64,000 nt of DNA from Candidatus Limnocylindrales bacterium (GTDB lineage Bacteria; Chloroflexota; Limnocylindria; Limnocylindrales; CSP1-4): NCBI GenBank assembly GCA_035699625.1, contig DASSPM010000159.1, forward strand, positions 11,203-75,202. Reading direction: 5' to 3'. The first letter of the stretch is position 1. Every line of letters starts with the position of its first letter. The position numbers were made by a program, and so were the translations under genes. Under the pieces are notes generated by a model. The model searched no databases and was not told the DNA's origin. It saw nothing but the letters and a program-made list of their open reading frames with translations. Shown here piece by piece: positions 26,720 through 37,054 of this stretch.

Positions 26720-27625
26720 TCAGGCGCCGGTCGCGGCGACCAGTGGCACCAGCGCCTCGTCGAGCTCCTCGTCGCTCGGGCCGCAGTCGACACGTGCCAG
26801 GTACCAGCGCTCGACGTGCTCCACGTGCGCGCCCGGCTCGAGGCGAGTCAGCGGTCCGAGGGTCTCGAGCTCCAGCATCTCCGGGTCGGTGAAGATCTGC
26901 GTGTTGCAGCCCATGTCCGGGTAGACGGCCGCTGGCAGGCAGGGGTAGCGCTTGAGAAGCACCTCGCCGTCGAGCAGGTAGGCCGCCCAGCCACGCGTGT
27001 TGAGGAAGCCCGCTTTCTGCTTGCTGGTGGCGCTCGGGTCCTGGCGCAGCTGGACGTAGCGCCGACCCCAGCTCCAGCGTGGGTCGCTCATGTCCGTGTA
27101 CGACCAGAGCACGACCGGTCGGACCGGCGCCAGCGCCTCGGGGTGCGGCCGGAACTCTTCCTGGGGGACGATGGCCCGGCCACCCGGGGCCATCACCGAG
27201 AGCGCCCACGGCGCGAGCTCGACCGCCCAGGCACCCCGGTTGATCAGGCGGTGCGCCACCTCCACGCGGGCGGCGCCAGGATCGAGCGTGAGCCGCAGCT
27301 CCTTGCCCAGGCCGTTGGGTTGGTCTTCCCCGCGCAGGGTCAGCGTGCGGCCGTCCCAGTGCTGGCCGATCGGCACGTTGTCCGGGCTGTAGGTGCGCGG
27401 GAAGTCCTCCGGGGCGTGCCACAGTCGATGCCCGCCGTAGATCCGCCACTCAGCGTCGCCCGTCCGACCCAGCTGCTCGGGATACTCGCGGAAGAGGTTG
27501 CGGCCGCCGACGAAGCCGAGGCGGATGACGCGCGGGCCGACCTCGGTCGGGGCCACCAGCTCGATGAGCCCGTTGGACAGGCGAAGGCACTCGCCCCAGC
27601 CGCCGTACTCGACCATCTCGATCAT
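26720..27625 (-). CDS. hypothetical protein, possibly galactose-mutarotase-like fold
   Basis: 301 aa and beta-rich, with a GGHRLWHAPE motif. ATG 27625 is preceded by GGGAGGA. It is convergent with xylB. The family assignment is a guess. Confidence 0.7.
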   Translation of the reverse strand: MIEMVEYGGWGECLRLSNGLIELVAPTEVGPRVIRLGFVGGRNLFREYPEQLGRTGDAEWRIYGGHRLWHAPEDFPRTYSPDNVPIGQHWDGRTLTLRGEDQPNGLGKELRLTLDPGAARVEVAHRLINRGAWAVELAPWALSVMAPGGRAIVPQEEFRPHPEALAPVRPVVLWSYTDMSDPRWSWGRRYVQLRQDPSATSKQKAGFLNTRGWAAYLLDGEVLLKRYPCLPAAVYPDMGCNTQIFTDPEMLELETLGPLTRLEPGAHVEHVERWYLARVDCGPSDEELDEALVPLVAATGA

Positions 27626-27761
27626 GGATCCTCCCGAACGGCGCCTACGCTACACCGCCGCGCGGGACGGTTTCGAGCGACCGTCAGGCCGGCACGGACC
27701 GGCTTGCTACACTGCGGCGGCTCCGGCCGCCGATGGGGGCGGCCGTCTTCCGGAGGTCCCG

Positions 27762-29204
27762 TTGCAGGCTCGTGCGCGGCGCCCCGAGCAGGGTCGGGCC
27801 GACGGGCGCCGCATCGTCGCGGCGGTGCTCTCCTCGATCGTGCCCGGGCTGGGCCAAGCGATGAACCACGATCGCCGCTCGATCGTCGTCTTCGGGCTGC
27901 CCGTCGCCATCCTGATCGTGCTCGGACTCTCGCTATGGCTGGCCCTCCAGGCGCGCCTGCTGGCGCTGCTGCTCAAGCCCGACGCCGTCCTGGCGCTGCT
28001 GATGGTGAACCTGCTGCTGCTCGCCTGGCGCCTGGCCGCCGTGGCGCATGCCTTTGCGCTCGGCGGCAGCGGGCCTGTCGGCCGGCTGGGCATGCTGGGC
28101 CTGGTGGGCGTGCTGGCCTGGACCGCCGTCCCCCAGGCGGCCGGCGGCTGGGTCGGCCTGCGGGTCTACGAGACGACCCAGGCAGTGTGCGTCAGCTGCC
28201 GCATCGGCAATCCACCGGCACAGCCGGGCCTGCCGACGCCGACGCCGCTCTTCCCCGGCGACGACCCCGGCTCCACCGCCGGCCCGACGCCGATGCCGGA
28301 GGAACGCATCAACATCCTGCTGCTCGGCATCGACTCGCGCCCGACGCGCCGCCACGCGCTGGCCGACACGATCATCGTCGCCTCCGTCGACCCGCTGGGC
28401 AAGACGGTCTCCATGCTCTCCATCCCACGCGACCTGGTCGACGTGCCGCTGCCGAACGGCAAGCGCTTCCGGCCGAAGATCAACTCGCTGCTCTCGCACG
28501 TCAACGCCAAGCCCGACGATCCGGCCTTCGCCTGGGCGAAGGGATCCGGCACGCGGGCGCTGCAGGACGCGGTGGGCACGCTGCTCGGCATCCGCATCCA
28601 CTATTACGCCAAGGTCGACCTGCCCGGCTTCATCCGCGTCGTCGATGCCGTGGGCGGCGTCGACATCCGCGTGCGCAAGCGTCTCGCCGCGCCCGACTAC
28701 GCCGACTTCGGCGTCTACGGCTTCGTGGTCGAGCCCGGCCGGCACCACTTCGACGGCAAGGAGGCGCTGGCCTACGCGCGCATCCGCAAGGCGAACGGGG
28801 AGAGCGACTTCACGCGCGCGGCACGCCAGCAGGAGGTGCTCCTCGCCGTGCGTGACGCCGCCCTGGACGGCGGGGCGCTGGCCCTGCTGGGCCGCCTCGA
28901 CCGGCTGCTCAAGGCCGTCGAAGGCGCCATCCGGACCGACCTGCCGCCCGACCGCTTCAGCGACCTGGCCTTCCTGGCCGAGGAGATCGGCGCGAACCGG
29001 GTGACCAACGTCGTGCTCCAGCATCCGCTGGTGCGCCCCGGCCGCAACGATCCGCGCGGCTCGATCCAGATCCCCGACGTGGCGGCCATCCGGCGCATGG
29101 CGGCCAAGCTCTTCCCGGACCCGGGTGAGCCGCCGGTGCCCTGGCCCAGCCCGACACCGACCAGGAAGCCACGCGCCAGCGCGTCGCCCACCCTGACGCC
29201 GTGA
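27762..29204 (+). CDS. LytR-CpsA-Psr (LCP) family cell-wall glycopolymer ligase
   Basis: TTG 27762 lies 5 nt after GGAGG. After the N-terminal TM helices come INILLLGIDSR...ADTIIVASVDP...SIPRDL...YYAKVDLPGFIRVVDAVGGV...EALAYARIRK, which is the LCP signature. Confidence 0.88.
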   Translation: MQARARRPEQGRADGRRIVAAVLSSIVPGLGQAMNHDRRSIVVFGLPVAILIVLGLSLWLALQARLLALLLKPDAVLALLMVNLLLLAWRLAAVAHAFALGGSGPVGRLGMLGLVGVLAWTAVPQAAGGWVGLRVYETTQAVCVSCRIGNPPAQPGLPTPTPLFPGDDPGSTAGPTPMPEERINILLLGIDSRPTRRHALADTIIVASVDPLGKTVSMLSIPRDLVDVPLPNGKRFRPKINSLLSHVNAKPDDPAFAWAKGSGTRALQDAVGTLLGIRIHYYAKVDLPGFIRVVDAVGGVDIRVRKRLAAPDYADFGVYGFVVEPGRHHFDGKEALAYARIRKANGESDFTRAARQQEVLLAVRDAALDGGALALLGRLDRLLKAVEGAIRTDLPPDRFSDLAFLAEEIGANRVTNVVLQHPLVRPGRNDPRGSIQIPDVAAIRRMAAKLFPDPGEPPVPWPSPTPTRKPRASASPTLTP

Positions 29205-29234
29205 GACCGACCGCGGCGCGCGTCGCTGCGGCGC

Positions 29235-29882
29235 TCACCAGCCCAGGCGACGGAGCTCCCGGGCCAACGCCTGGGCGGCGAGCGCGCGATGGGAGACGCG
29301 GTTCTTCTCCTCGGCCGACAGCTGGCCCACGGTGCGACCGCCGGGCGGCTCGGTGAGCGGCTCGAAGACCGGGTCGTAGCCGAAGCCGGCCGAGCCTCGG
29401 GCGGCCAACGCGATGCGGCCTTCGAAGACGCCCTCGCGCACGATCGGCTCGCCGCGCGAGCCGGGGCCGTCGGCCAGCGTCGGATCGATGACCACCAGCG
29501 CGCAGCGATAGCGAGCCGTGCGCTGCCCCGCGGGGATACCGTCGAGCTCGCGCAGCAGCTTGGCGTTGTTCTGCTCGTCGCTGGCCCGCTCGCCGGCATA
29601 GCGGCGGGTGCGCACGCCGGGACCGCCGCCGAGCGCGTCGACCTCGAGGCCACTGTCGTCGGCCAGCGTGGGCAGATCCGAGCGGGCGGCATAGAAGCGT
29701 GCCTTGATGAGGGCGTTGCCGGCGAAGCTGTCGGCATCCTCCGCGGGCTCGCCCTCCACCTGCACGTCGTCGAGGGAAAGGAGCTCGATGGCCGGCAGAT
29801 CGAGCAGCGTGCGCAGCTCGCCGAGCTTGTGAGCGGAGCGCGTCGCGATGAGCAGCCGGCGCCGGCGCGGGGCCTCGGTCAC
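29235..29882 (-). CDS. rdgB: non-canonical purine NTP pyrophosphatase (RdgB/HAM1)
   Basis: [13 protein letters not shown]...[16 protein letters not shown]...GFGYDPVF...[15 protein letters not shown] 29882 overlaps the rph TGA (GTGA). Confidence 0.9.
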   Translation of the reverse strand: MTEAPRRRRLLIATRSAHKLGELRTLLDLPAIELLSLDDVQVEGEPAEDADSFAGNALIKARFYAARSDLPTLADDSGLEVDALGGGPGVRTRRYAGERASDEQNNAKLLRELDGIPAGQRTARYRCALVVIDPTLADGPGSRGEPIVREGVFEGRIALAARGSAGFGYDPVFEPLTEPPGGRTVGQLSAEEKNRVSHRALAAQALARELRRLGW

Positions 29883-30607
29883 TCGGCGCGAGCGAGGATG
29901 GCGCGCTGGGCCTCGAAGAGCGCCCGCAGGCCGCCGTCGGCGAGCGCCAGCAGGCGCTCCATGGCTGCCCGGTCGAAGGGCTTGCCCTCGGCGGTGCCCT
30001 GCAGCTCGACGTAGGTGCCCGCGTCCGTGCCGACCACGTTGAAGTCCACCTCGGCGCGCGAGTCCTCGGAGTAGTCGAGGTCGAGCAGCGCCGCCCCGTC
30101 GACGATGCCGACGCTCACGGCGGCGATCTGGTTGACCAGGGCGGCTTCGAGGCCGATGCGGCGCAGGGCCAGCGCCAGCGCCACGTAGCCGCCGGTGATC
30201 GAGGCGGTGCGTGTGCCCCCGTCGGCCTGGAGCACGTCGCAGTCGATGGTCACCGTGCGCTCCCCGAGCCTGGCCGTGTCGACCACGCCCCGCAGGGAGC
30301 GGCCGATGAGGCGCTGGATCTCGTGCGTGCGGCCCCCGGCGCGGCCCTTGGTCACCTCGCGCTGCGTCCGCTCCGAGGTGGCCCGCGGCAGCATCGAGTA
30401 CTCGGCCGTGACCCAGCCGGTGCCCTTGCCGCGCAGGTGCGGCGGGATGCGCTCCTCGACGGTCGCCGCACACAGCACGTGCGTGTCGCCGACCTCGATG
30501 AGGCAGGAGCCCTCGGCCCACTTCTGGACCTGCGTGCGGATGCGCACAGGGCGCAGCTGTGTCGGTGCCCGCCCGTCCTGGCGGAAGCTGGCGCTGCCGA
30601 TGCTCAC
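29879..30607 (-). CDS. rph: ribonuclease PH
   Basis: [15 protein letters not shown]...[16 protein letters not shown]...[14 protein letters not shown]...[15 protein letters not shown]. Confidence 0.95.
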   Translation of the reverse strand: MSIGSASFRQDGRAPTQLRPVRIRTQVQKWAEGSCLIEVGDTHVLCAATVEERIPPHLRGKGTGWVTAEYSMLPRATSERTQREVTKGRAGGRTHEIQRLIGRSLRGVVDTARLGERTVTIDCDVLQADGGTRTASITGGYVALALALRRIGLEAALVNQIAAVSVGIVDGAALLDLDYSEDSRAEVDFNVVGTDAGTYVELQGTAEGKPFDRAAMERLLALADGGLRALFEAQRAILARAE

Positions 30608-31869
30608 TGCCGTGCCTCCACATCCCCTGCCGACCCGCCACCGACCGGTGTGAGCGGCCCGGCACGCTCGTCGGCCTTGGCCCGATCCCAGAGCTCGTCC
30701 AGCTCCTCGAAGGTGAGGCTCGACAGCGGCGTGCCGCGCTGCTCAGCGTAGCGCTCCACGCGGGCGAAGCGGTGGGCGAACTTGGCGTTCGCCGCGCGCA
30801 TGGCCGCCTCGGCATCGATGCCCAGCTTGCGGCCAAGGTTGACGATGACCAGCAGGAGGTCGCCGAACTCCTCGCGGCGGGCAGGTTCGTCCTGCGCACC
30901 GAGCAGCTCCGTCGCCTCCTCGGCCAGCTTCTCGATGACGCCCTCGATGTCCGGCCAGTCGTAGCCCAGCGAGGCGGCGCGCTCCTGGATCTCCTGGGCA
31001 TAGGCCAGTCCGGGCAGCGACCGCGAGAGGCCGGCGAAGGCCTCAGGCATCGCGGCGGCCGCCTCCGGTCCGCTCGCCGCGCTGGTCGTCCGGGCGGCAT
31101 CCGCGGCTGCTGCGGCATCGGCACGCTCGCCGGCCTTGATGCGCTCCCAGTTGCGCAGCACCTCCTCGGCCGAACGCGCCTCGGCGTCGCCGAAGACATG
31201 CGGGTGGCGGCGCACGATCTTGGCCATGATGGCGCGGTAGACGTCGGAGAGGTCGAAGACGCCCGCCTCGGCCGCGTACTGGGCATGCAGCACGACCTGC
31301 AGCAGCAGGTCGCCCAGCTCCTCGGCCAGCGCCGGCGTGGCGCCGCCATCGAGCGCGTCGTAGACCTCGTAGGCCTCCTCGAGCAGGAACTTCTTGAGCG
31401 AGCGGTGATCCTGCTCCCGGTCCCACGGGCAGCCGTCCGGCGCCCGCAGGCGCGCTGCCAGCCAGGGCAGTGCATGGGGACTGGCCAAGTCGTGCTCGCC
31501 TTCGAGCGGCGGCAGCAGCCAGGTCCCGTCGGCCAACGCCTCCGGCGTCAGCTGCCCCAGCGTGGTGTCGGCCCGGCCGTCGAGCGCGAGGGCCGGCTGG
31601 TCCGGCGGGTAGAGTCCCCGCAGGACCGCCAGCGGCTCCGCTGGTCGGGCGTGGCGCCCGGGCAGCACCGGCGCATCGAAGCCGGCGTCGAGGCCCGCGT
31701 CGACGTCGGGCACCGCCCCCGTGGCGGGCAGCACCACCAGCGGCCAGCCCGGCTCGACGGGCCGCCGCGCCAGGCGGTCGGCCGCCACCAGCTGCACGCC
31801 GTCGTCCGGGCGGACGCCGCGCGCGCCGAGCGCCTCTACCAGGGCGGCGGGGTCGAGCGGGCCGGTCAT
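30604..31869 (-). CDS. mazG: MazG-family nucleoside triphosphate pyrophosphohydrolase with an N-terminal extension
   Basis: Two MazG EXXE-type modules ([29 protein letters not shown] and [22 protein letters not shown]). An N-terminal domain of about 140 aa of unclear function precedes them. Confidence 0.88.
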   Translation of the reverse strand: MTGPLDPAALVEALGARGVRPDDGVQLVAADRLARRPVEPGWPLVVLPATGAVPDVDAGLDAGFDAPVLPGRHARPAEPLAVLRGLYPPDQPALALDGRADTTLGQLTPEALADGTWLLPPLEGEHDLASPHALPWLAARLRAPDGCPWDREQDHRSLKKFLLEEAYEVYDALDGGATPALAEELGDLLLQVVLHAQYAAEAGVFDLSDVYRAIMAKIVRRHPHVFGDAEARSAEEVLRNWERIKAGERADAAAAADAARTTSAASGPEAAAAMPEAFAGLSRSLPGLAYAQEIQERAASLGYDWPDIEGVIEKLAEEATELLGAQDEPARREEFGDLLLVIVNLGRKLGIDAEAAMRAANAKFAHRFARVERYAEQRGTPLSSLTFEELDELWDRAKADERAGPLTPVGGGSAGDVEARQ

Positions 31870-31872
31870 GGC

Positions 31873-33648
31873 CTACTGCGTGGGCAGTTCGCCGCCGAGT
31901 GCCGCCGAATCGCGGTGGATGGTGCCGTCGTCCTCGGCCGCCTGCTTCTGCGGCTGGTACCAGTTCTGGAAGGCGTTCGACTCGATGGCCGAGCGCTGCT
32001 CGTCGTCGACCGGCCGCGCGCGGCGCTCGAGGACCTTGTAGACGTGGAAGCCGTCGTCGAGCTCCACCCCCGAGGTCGACACCTGGCCTGCCTGCAGGGC
32101 GAAAAGGGCGTCCTCGACCTTCTTCTCGAGCTGGTAGCGCGCGACCCAGCCGATATCGCCGCCGTCGTCGGCGCTGGGGCCGTCGGAGTGCTCCCTGGCG
32201 ATGGCCGCGAAGTCCGCGTCGGGCGCCTTGACCAGCTCGAGCACTGCCTTGAGCCGCTCATCGGCGGCTGCCTTCTTCTCCACGAAGAGGATCACATGCC
32301 AGCCGAACTGGCTCTTCACGGGGCCGATGATCTCGCCCTTCTGGTGCTCCTTGTCGAAGACCGCGTCGGCGAACTCCTGGACCATCCGCCCGCGGGTGAA
32401 GAAGCCCAGGTCGCCTCCCTGGGCGCCCGAGCCCTTGTCGTCGCTCTCGGCCTTGGCCAGTTCCGCGAACTGCGTCTGACGCTCCTCGACCGAGGCGATG
32501 GCGCGCAGCTTGGCGGCGGCCGCGTCGGCCAGCTTCTGGGCGGCCGCCCAGGCCGGGTCGTCTTCGGGCAGGTCGGCCGCGGCTTGCGAGTCGTCGTTGG
32601 GCGAGTAGAGGATGTGCGAGGCCTTGACCTCGGCACCGGCGGCCGTGGGATCGCCCGCATCGCCGGTCGTGGCGATGACGATCTCGGCGGCGCGCACCTG
32701 CTCCTGCTCGCCGGTCGTGGCATCGGCGACGATCTTCTGCTCGAGCTTCTCCTGCAGGATGCGGCCGGCGAGGTCGCTGCGGTATGCGGCCAGCCCGACG
32801 CGCCGCTCGATCTCCTTGAGCATCGCCTCGTCCTTGACGGCGGGCGTGATCTCGGCCACGCGCCCGATGCGGAAGACACCGTCGGCGCCCTCGATGACCT
32901 CGGTGGTGCCGCCCGATTCGAGCTTGAAGAGGGCCTCCACCCAGGCCTTGTCGGTGTCGTTCTCGCTGGTCAGCGTGCCGTAGTCGCCGCCGCGGGAGCG
33001 ACTCGAGTCGGTCGAGTAGCGGACGGCCACCTCCTGGAAGCTCTTGCCGGCGCGCAGTTCGGCCAGGGCATCCTGGGCCTTCTTGCGCGCGGCCGCCGTC
33101 TGCTCGCTGGTCGGCGCGTCCTTGCCGCTGTCGACCTCGGGTTCGACGAAGACGGCGTAGACGTGGCGCAGCTCGGGCGTCGAGGCCTCCCGCTCCAGGC
33201 GCTGGTCGATCTCCTGCTCGCTGACGCTGACGCCGAGCGGCCCTGCGAGGCGCTCCTGGAAGCGCTGGTCGATGAGCGACTCGATGGCCTCAGCGGCAAG
33301 CTGCTGCCGGCGCTGCGAGATGGCCTGCAGCTGCTGGGCGGCGAAAGCCGGGTCGATCTCGCCCTTGGCGATCGACTCGCGCAGGCGGCGCTCGGAGATC
33401 TCGAGGCGCAGCGCGCCGACCTGACCGCGCTCCAACCAGACATCGCGCGTGATGGCCGAGCCGCCCACGGACGCCACCGGCTTGAGGTGCTTGTCGTACC
33501 AGTCGAGGCCGAAGGCCGCCACCAACACCAGCAGCGCCACGACCACGAGCCCGATGAAGCCCAACGTGGCCAGGAACTGCTGGCGCTCCTCGGCCTCCCA
33601 GTGCGAGCGGCGCTTGGGGCCACGGAGGAGCTTCAGGCGGAGGGTCAT
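31873..33648 (-). CDS. membrane-anchored SurA/PrsA-like peptidyl-prolyl isomerase (parvulin type)
   Basis: N-terminal TM helix (FIGLVVVALLVLVAAF). Parvulin core VKASHILY...GGDLGFFTRGRMVQEFADAVF...GPVKSQFGWHVILF. Confidence 0.85.
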   Translation of the reverse strand: MTLRLKLLRGPKRRSHWEAEERQQFLATLGFIGLVVVALLVLVAAFGLDWYDKHLKPVASVGGSAITRDVWLERGQVGALRLEISERRLRESIAKGEIDPAFAAQQLQAISQRRQQLAAEAIESLIDQRFQERLAGPLGVSVSEQEIDQRLEREASTPELRHVYAVFVEPEVDSGKDAPTSEQTAAARKKAQDALAELRAGKSFQEVAVRYSTDSSRSRGGDYGTLTSENDTDKAWVEALFKLESGGTTEVIEGADGVFRIGRVAEITPAVKDEAMLKEIERRVGLAAYRSDLAGRILQEKLEQKIVADATTGEQEQVRAAEIVIATTGDAGDPTAAGAEVKASHILYSPNDDSQAAADLPEDDPAWAAAQKLADAAAAKLRAIASVEERQTQFAELAKAESDDKGSGAQGGDLGFFTRGRMVQEFADAVFDKEHQKGEIIGPVKSQFGWHVILFVEKKAAADERLKAVLELVKAPDADFAAIAREHSDGPSADDGGDIGWVARYQLEKKVEDALFALQAGQVSTSGVELDDGFHVYKVLERRARPVDDEQRSAIESNAFQNWYQPQKQAAEDDGTIHRDSAALGGELPTQ

Positions 33649-33741
33649 GGGGGGACGTGGTCTCCGATCTGGTGGGTCGCACGGGCGGCTCGCGCGCGAG
33701 GCGTCGCGGCGCGGCCGGTCCCGGCAGGACGGCGCCGTAGT

Positions 33742-35784
33742 CTAGCGCACGCGGGCGGCGGCCGGCCTCGCCGGGGCGGCCGTGAGCCAGGCGCGCAGAT
33801 CCTGCGCGATGCGGGGCGTGGCCGGTCCCGGCAGGTAATGGTCGGCGAGGAAGGCGCGGCGGGCCGTCTCGGTGATGGCGCCCGTGGCCAGGGCGTCCAG
33901 GCCGGCCAGGAGCTCTGCGCCGTCCCGGACCGGCAGCGCGACGCCGGCATCGACGTATCCCAGCAGGTCGCCCGACGCCTGGGTCGCCGCGATCAGGTTG
34001 CCTGTGCCCGCGGCGACGGCATCGGTGAGCACCGTGGAGTGGACGCCCAGGTGCGCATCTGCCGCGGCGAGGAGCTCATAGAGATCGATGCGCTGGACGA
34101 TGCTGATGGGCGGGGAACGGAAGCCGCGGGCCTGGGCGATGCCCTCGATAAGGCGACGGTACGGCCCCTCGTCCTTCTCGCCGGGGTGGAGCTTGACGAC
34201 GACGTGCACGCCCGGCAGCGGTCGATCGAAGACCGCGGCCAGCGCCGGCAGGAGGTGCAGCCGCCGGCCGCTGTCGCCGCTCGTTCCCGAGATGACCACC
34301 AGCCGGTCACCCTGGGCCACGCCGAGCGCGCGACGCAGCGCGGTGCGCCGCTCGTCCGCGGCTGTGGCTGCCCCCTGGTCGCGCGACCCGGCGAGGTCGA
34401 GGCGGGGTGAGCCGACCACACGCAGCTCCCCCTCGCGGTAGACGCTACGGGAGGTGAGCAGGCGCCGCTCGTAGTCACCGAAGAGGTAGAGCCGGTCGGG
34501 CAGCGGCAGCTCGGGTGCACGTGACGGATGGATGTAGCCGGCATGCCAGGGATGGATGATGCCGTGCTGCAGGGCGGCCACCGGCACGCCCGCCAGGCGT
34601 GCTGCGGCGACCCAGTCGGCGCGGCCATACTCGTTGACCAAGAGCAGCCCGGCGGGACGGCAGTCGGCCAGGAAGCGCACCGCGCGACGGATGAGGCGGA
34701 GGGTGCCGGGCAGGCTTCGTCGGGCCTCTGCCTCCAGCCGGCTGCTCAGCAGGGGCCCGAGGTCGACACCGGCGACCACGAGCGGCGTGTCGATGGCATG
34801 GAGGCGCTCGAGCACCGCGTCCGCGTCGGCCTGCGCCGCGGCGGCATCCTCCGGCCGGGCGTAGTGGAGCTGGACCTCGTCCTGGCCCACACTGGGGAAG
34901 GGCGACGCCTCGCGGTCCCCCTCATGCCGGGCGGCCAGCACGACCGCGGGTGCCAGCGACGTGCCATCCAGCGCCTCGAGCACGCTGCCGAGGAACGGGT
35001 CGCGGCGCCGTGGGCCATCGGTGCCGTCGATGACCTGGTGCACGCGCGGGTCGGTCAGGGCCAGCAGGCGACCGCGGCCGTGGGCCAGGAAGCGCTCGAG
35101 GCTGCGGCCGGCCTCGGCGCGTCGCCGGGCCCGCTCGGCCGCCGCCCGGTCGGCCGGGGACGGCCAGAGCCGACGCCGCAGACCGGCGAGCACGCCCCGC
35201 GACGCCGGGCGTGGCGGCGAGGCTGAGCCAGATGGAGCGGCGAGCGCGGGCGACTCCGGGCCCTTGAACGGCAGGCCGTCGCGCGCGGCGATGAGGCGCG
35301 CCATCTCGGCCAGCGCGTCGCCGGCGACCAGGCTGCCGTCGTCCGGCTCCTGGTCGGACTCCTGGTCCAGGCCGGCCGGCACCTCGATCGACGACGGCCG
35401 CACCCTTGCCACGAGATCGTCGAGCACGCCCAGCCAGCTGAGGCGTTCCTCGAGCCAGCGCCAGGCCCCGAGCCGGTGGCGGATCCAGTGCGTCGTGCCT
35501 CCGACGGACCAGCGCTCCTCGATGCGGGCGGCGGCGGCCCAGGCGTCGAGGAGCTCGCTGGTGCGACTGAAGACGTCCTCGCCTGCCAGCCGCAGCGTGA
35601 GCCAGGCCCGCGCAGGAGCGAGCCCGGGCGGGTCGTCGGGCCCCGGCGTCCAGGCGGTGTCGCCGACCAGCACGGCCGCCGCCGGGTCGGCCGACGCCTC
35701 GGCGCGGCCGCGCGTCGCGTCGGCCACGACGAGGAGCCGCCGGCCGCTGGGAAGCGGCTCCCGTGGCCCCGCCGGGTCAGCCAC
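33742..35784 (-). CDS. polysaccharide biosynthesis protein, KpsS/TagF-like GT-B C-terminal half with an uncharacterised N-terminal half
   Basis: GTG 35784 overlaps the stop of the upstream GT4 by 8 nt. The C-terminal VVVKLHPGEKD...IDLYELLAAADAHLGVHSTVLTDAVAAGTGNLI resembles capsule-synthesis or CDP-glycerol-transferase families. I matched the first roughly 400 aa to nothing. Confidence 0.7.
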   Translation of the reverse strand: MADPAGPREPLPSGRRLLVVADATRGRAEASADPAAAVLVGDTAWTPGPDDPPGLAPARAWLTLRLAGEDVFSRTSELLDAWAAAARIEERWSVGGTTHWIRHRLGAWRWLEERLSWLGVLDDLVARVRPSSIEVPAGLDQESDQEPDDGSLVAGDALAEMARLIAARDGLPFKGPESPALAAPSGSASPPRPASRGVLAGLRRRLWPSPADRAAAERARRRAEAGRSLERFLAHGRGRLLALTDPRVHQVIDGTDGPRRRDPFLGSVLEALDGTSLAPAVVLAARHEGDREASPFPSVGQDEVQLHYARPEDAAAAQADADAVLERLHAIDTPLVVAGVDLGPLLSSRLEAEARRSLPGTLRLIRRAVRFLADCRPAGLLLVNEYGRADWVAAARLAGVPVAALQHGIIHPWHAGYIHPSRAPELPLPDRLYLFGDYERRLLTSRSVYREGELRVVGSPRLDLAGSRDQGAATAADERRTALRRALGVAQGDRLVVISGTSGDSGRRLHLLPALAAVFDRPLPGVHVVVKLHPGEKDEGPYRRLIEGIAQARGFRSPPISIVQRIDLYELLAAADAHLGVHSTVLTDAVAAGTGNLIAATQASGDLLGYVDAGVALPVRDGAELLAGLDALATGAITETARRAFLADHYLPGPATPRIAQDLRAWLTAAPARPAAARVR

Positions 35785-37054
35785 GTGCGAGCCGATCGAC
35801 GAGTGCCACGTAGCGCGCCGCCTCCGCCGGCCACGAGAGCGCCGCCACGCGTTCGGCGGCGCGCTCAGCGAGCCGCTGGCGCAGGCCGGGCTCATCGGCC
35901 AGCCGGCGCACGGCGGCGGCCATGGAGGGTGCGTCCCCGGGTTCGTAGAAGAGGACCGCATCGGCGCCGAAGTAGCGCTCCACCGTCGGCAGGTGCGAGG
36001 CGATGGCCACCTTGCCCATCACGGCGTATTCGAAGAGCTTGGTCGAGAGGCTGAAGTCGGTGAATGCGTCCCGCCGGGTGGGCGCCAGGCCGACGTCCGA
36101 GCCGGCGATGCGCTCCGCCACCTCCTCGAGCGGGATGCGGCCGTGGAAGACGATCTGCTCGCCGACGCCGCGCGCGGCCGCCTGCGCCCGCAGGGCCTCG
36201 AGCGAGTCGCCCCGGCCGTAGACATCCAGCCGGACGGGGAACGGCAGAGGCTGTCCCCCTTCCGCGCCGTACACCAGGCGCGCCACGGCATCGACGGCCA
36301 CGTCGAGCTCGTAGACCGGGGTGACCGCTCCGGCGTACACGAGACGCAGCGTGCCGTCGGCCATGAACTGGCGCGCTTGGTGCGCCGACGGGTCGAAGTG
36401 GCGCAGGTCGGGCGCATTGAGCACGACCTCGACCTTGCGGGCCGGCACGCCCAGGCCACGCAGGCGGTCGGCGAGCGCATCGTTGACGGTGAGGACCTGG
36501 TCGGCCAGCCCGATGGAGGCCCGCTCGACCCAGCCCAGGAGGCGGTGGATCGGCTCGCTCGAGAGTCGCGGGAAACGGCTGCGGAAGAACTCGGGCATCG
36601 CCTCGTGCAGGTCGAGCAGGACGGGCACGCCGCCCGCGAGGCGCACCGGCAGGGCTGCCAGGACCAGGTAGTCGGGCAGCGTCGCCACCTGGACCAGGCC
36701 GTAGCGCCGCCGCGGATGGCGTTGCGCAAGGGCGAGCATGGCGCGCACGAGGAAGTCGAGGTACTCGCCGAAGTAGGTCACCAGGCCGGCACCCTGGTGG
36801 CGGCGCACCGGCAGGCGCAGGATGCGCACGCCGGCGACCATCTCCTCGGGCGCCTCGCCCTCGTTGCGCAGGGCGTAGACGTCCACCTCGCGACCGGTCG
36901 CGGCGAGGGCCTCGGCCTGGCGGCGCACGCGAGGGTCCTCGAGGTAGTAGGAGTGGGCGAGGATGGCGACCGGCCTCGGCCCGGCCTGCTTGCGGGAGCG
37001 CCTGCCCCCATGGCGGGGCGCCCTCGCCTCGTCAGACCTGGTCACCGGGGCCAT
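35777..37054 (-). CDS. glycosyltransferase family 4 (GT-B)
   Basis: ATG 37054 gives 425 aa. VAILAHSYYLEDPRVRRQAEAL...LVYAGAV...STKLFEYAVMGKVAIAS is a GT4-like EX7E region. The rest of ORF 35777-37813 is antisense to wzm. Confidence 0.82.
   Translation of the reverse strand: MAPVTRSDEARAPRHGGRRSRKQAGPRPVAILAHSYYLEDPRVRRQAEALAATGREVDVYALRNEGEAPEEMVAGVRILRLPVRRHQGAGLVTYFGEYLDFLVRAMLALAQRHPRRRYGLVQVATLPDYLVLAALPVRLAGGVPVLLDLHEAMPEFFRSRFPRLSSEPIHRLLGWVERASIGLADQVLTVNDALADRLRGLGVPARKVEVVLNAPDLRHFDPSAHQARQFMADGTLRLVYAGAVTPVYELDVAVDAVARLVYGAEGGQPLPFPVRLDVYGRGDSLEALRAQAAARGVGEQIVFHGRIPLEEVAERIAGSDVGLAPTRRDAFTDFSLSTKLFEYAVMGKVAIASHLPTVERYFGADAVLFYEPGDAPSMAAAVRRLADEPGLRQRLAERAAERVAALSWPAEAARYVALVDRLARG

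Noticed and set aside
29883-31475. Upstream part of the 746-aa minus-strand ORF containing rdgB
   Set aside because: It overlaps rph and mazG in another frame and has a junk composition. RdgB homology begins at GTG 29882.
30559-34410. 1283-aa ORF on the plus strand
   Set aside because: It runs antisense to mazG, the PPIase and the KpsS-like gene. It has a biased composition (R/A/G/L/E) and no domain signature, so I treat it as a GC-driven shadow ORF.
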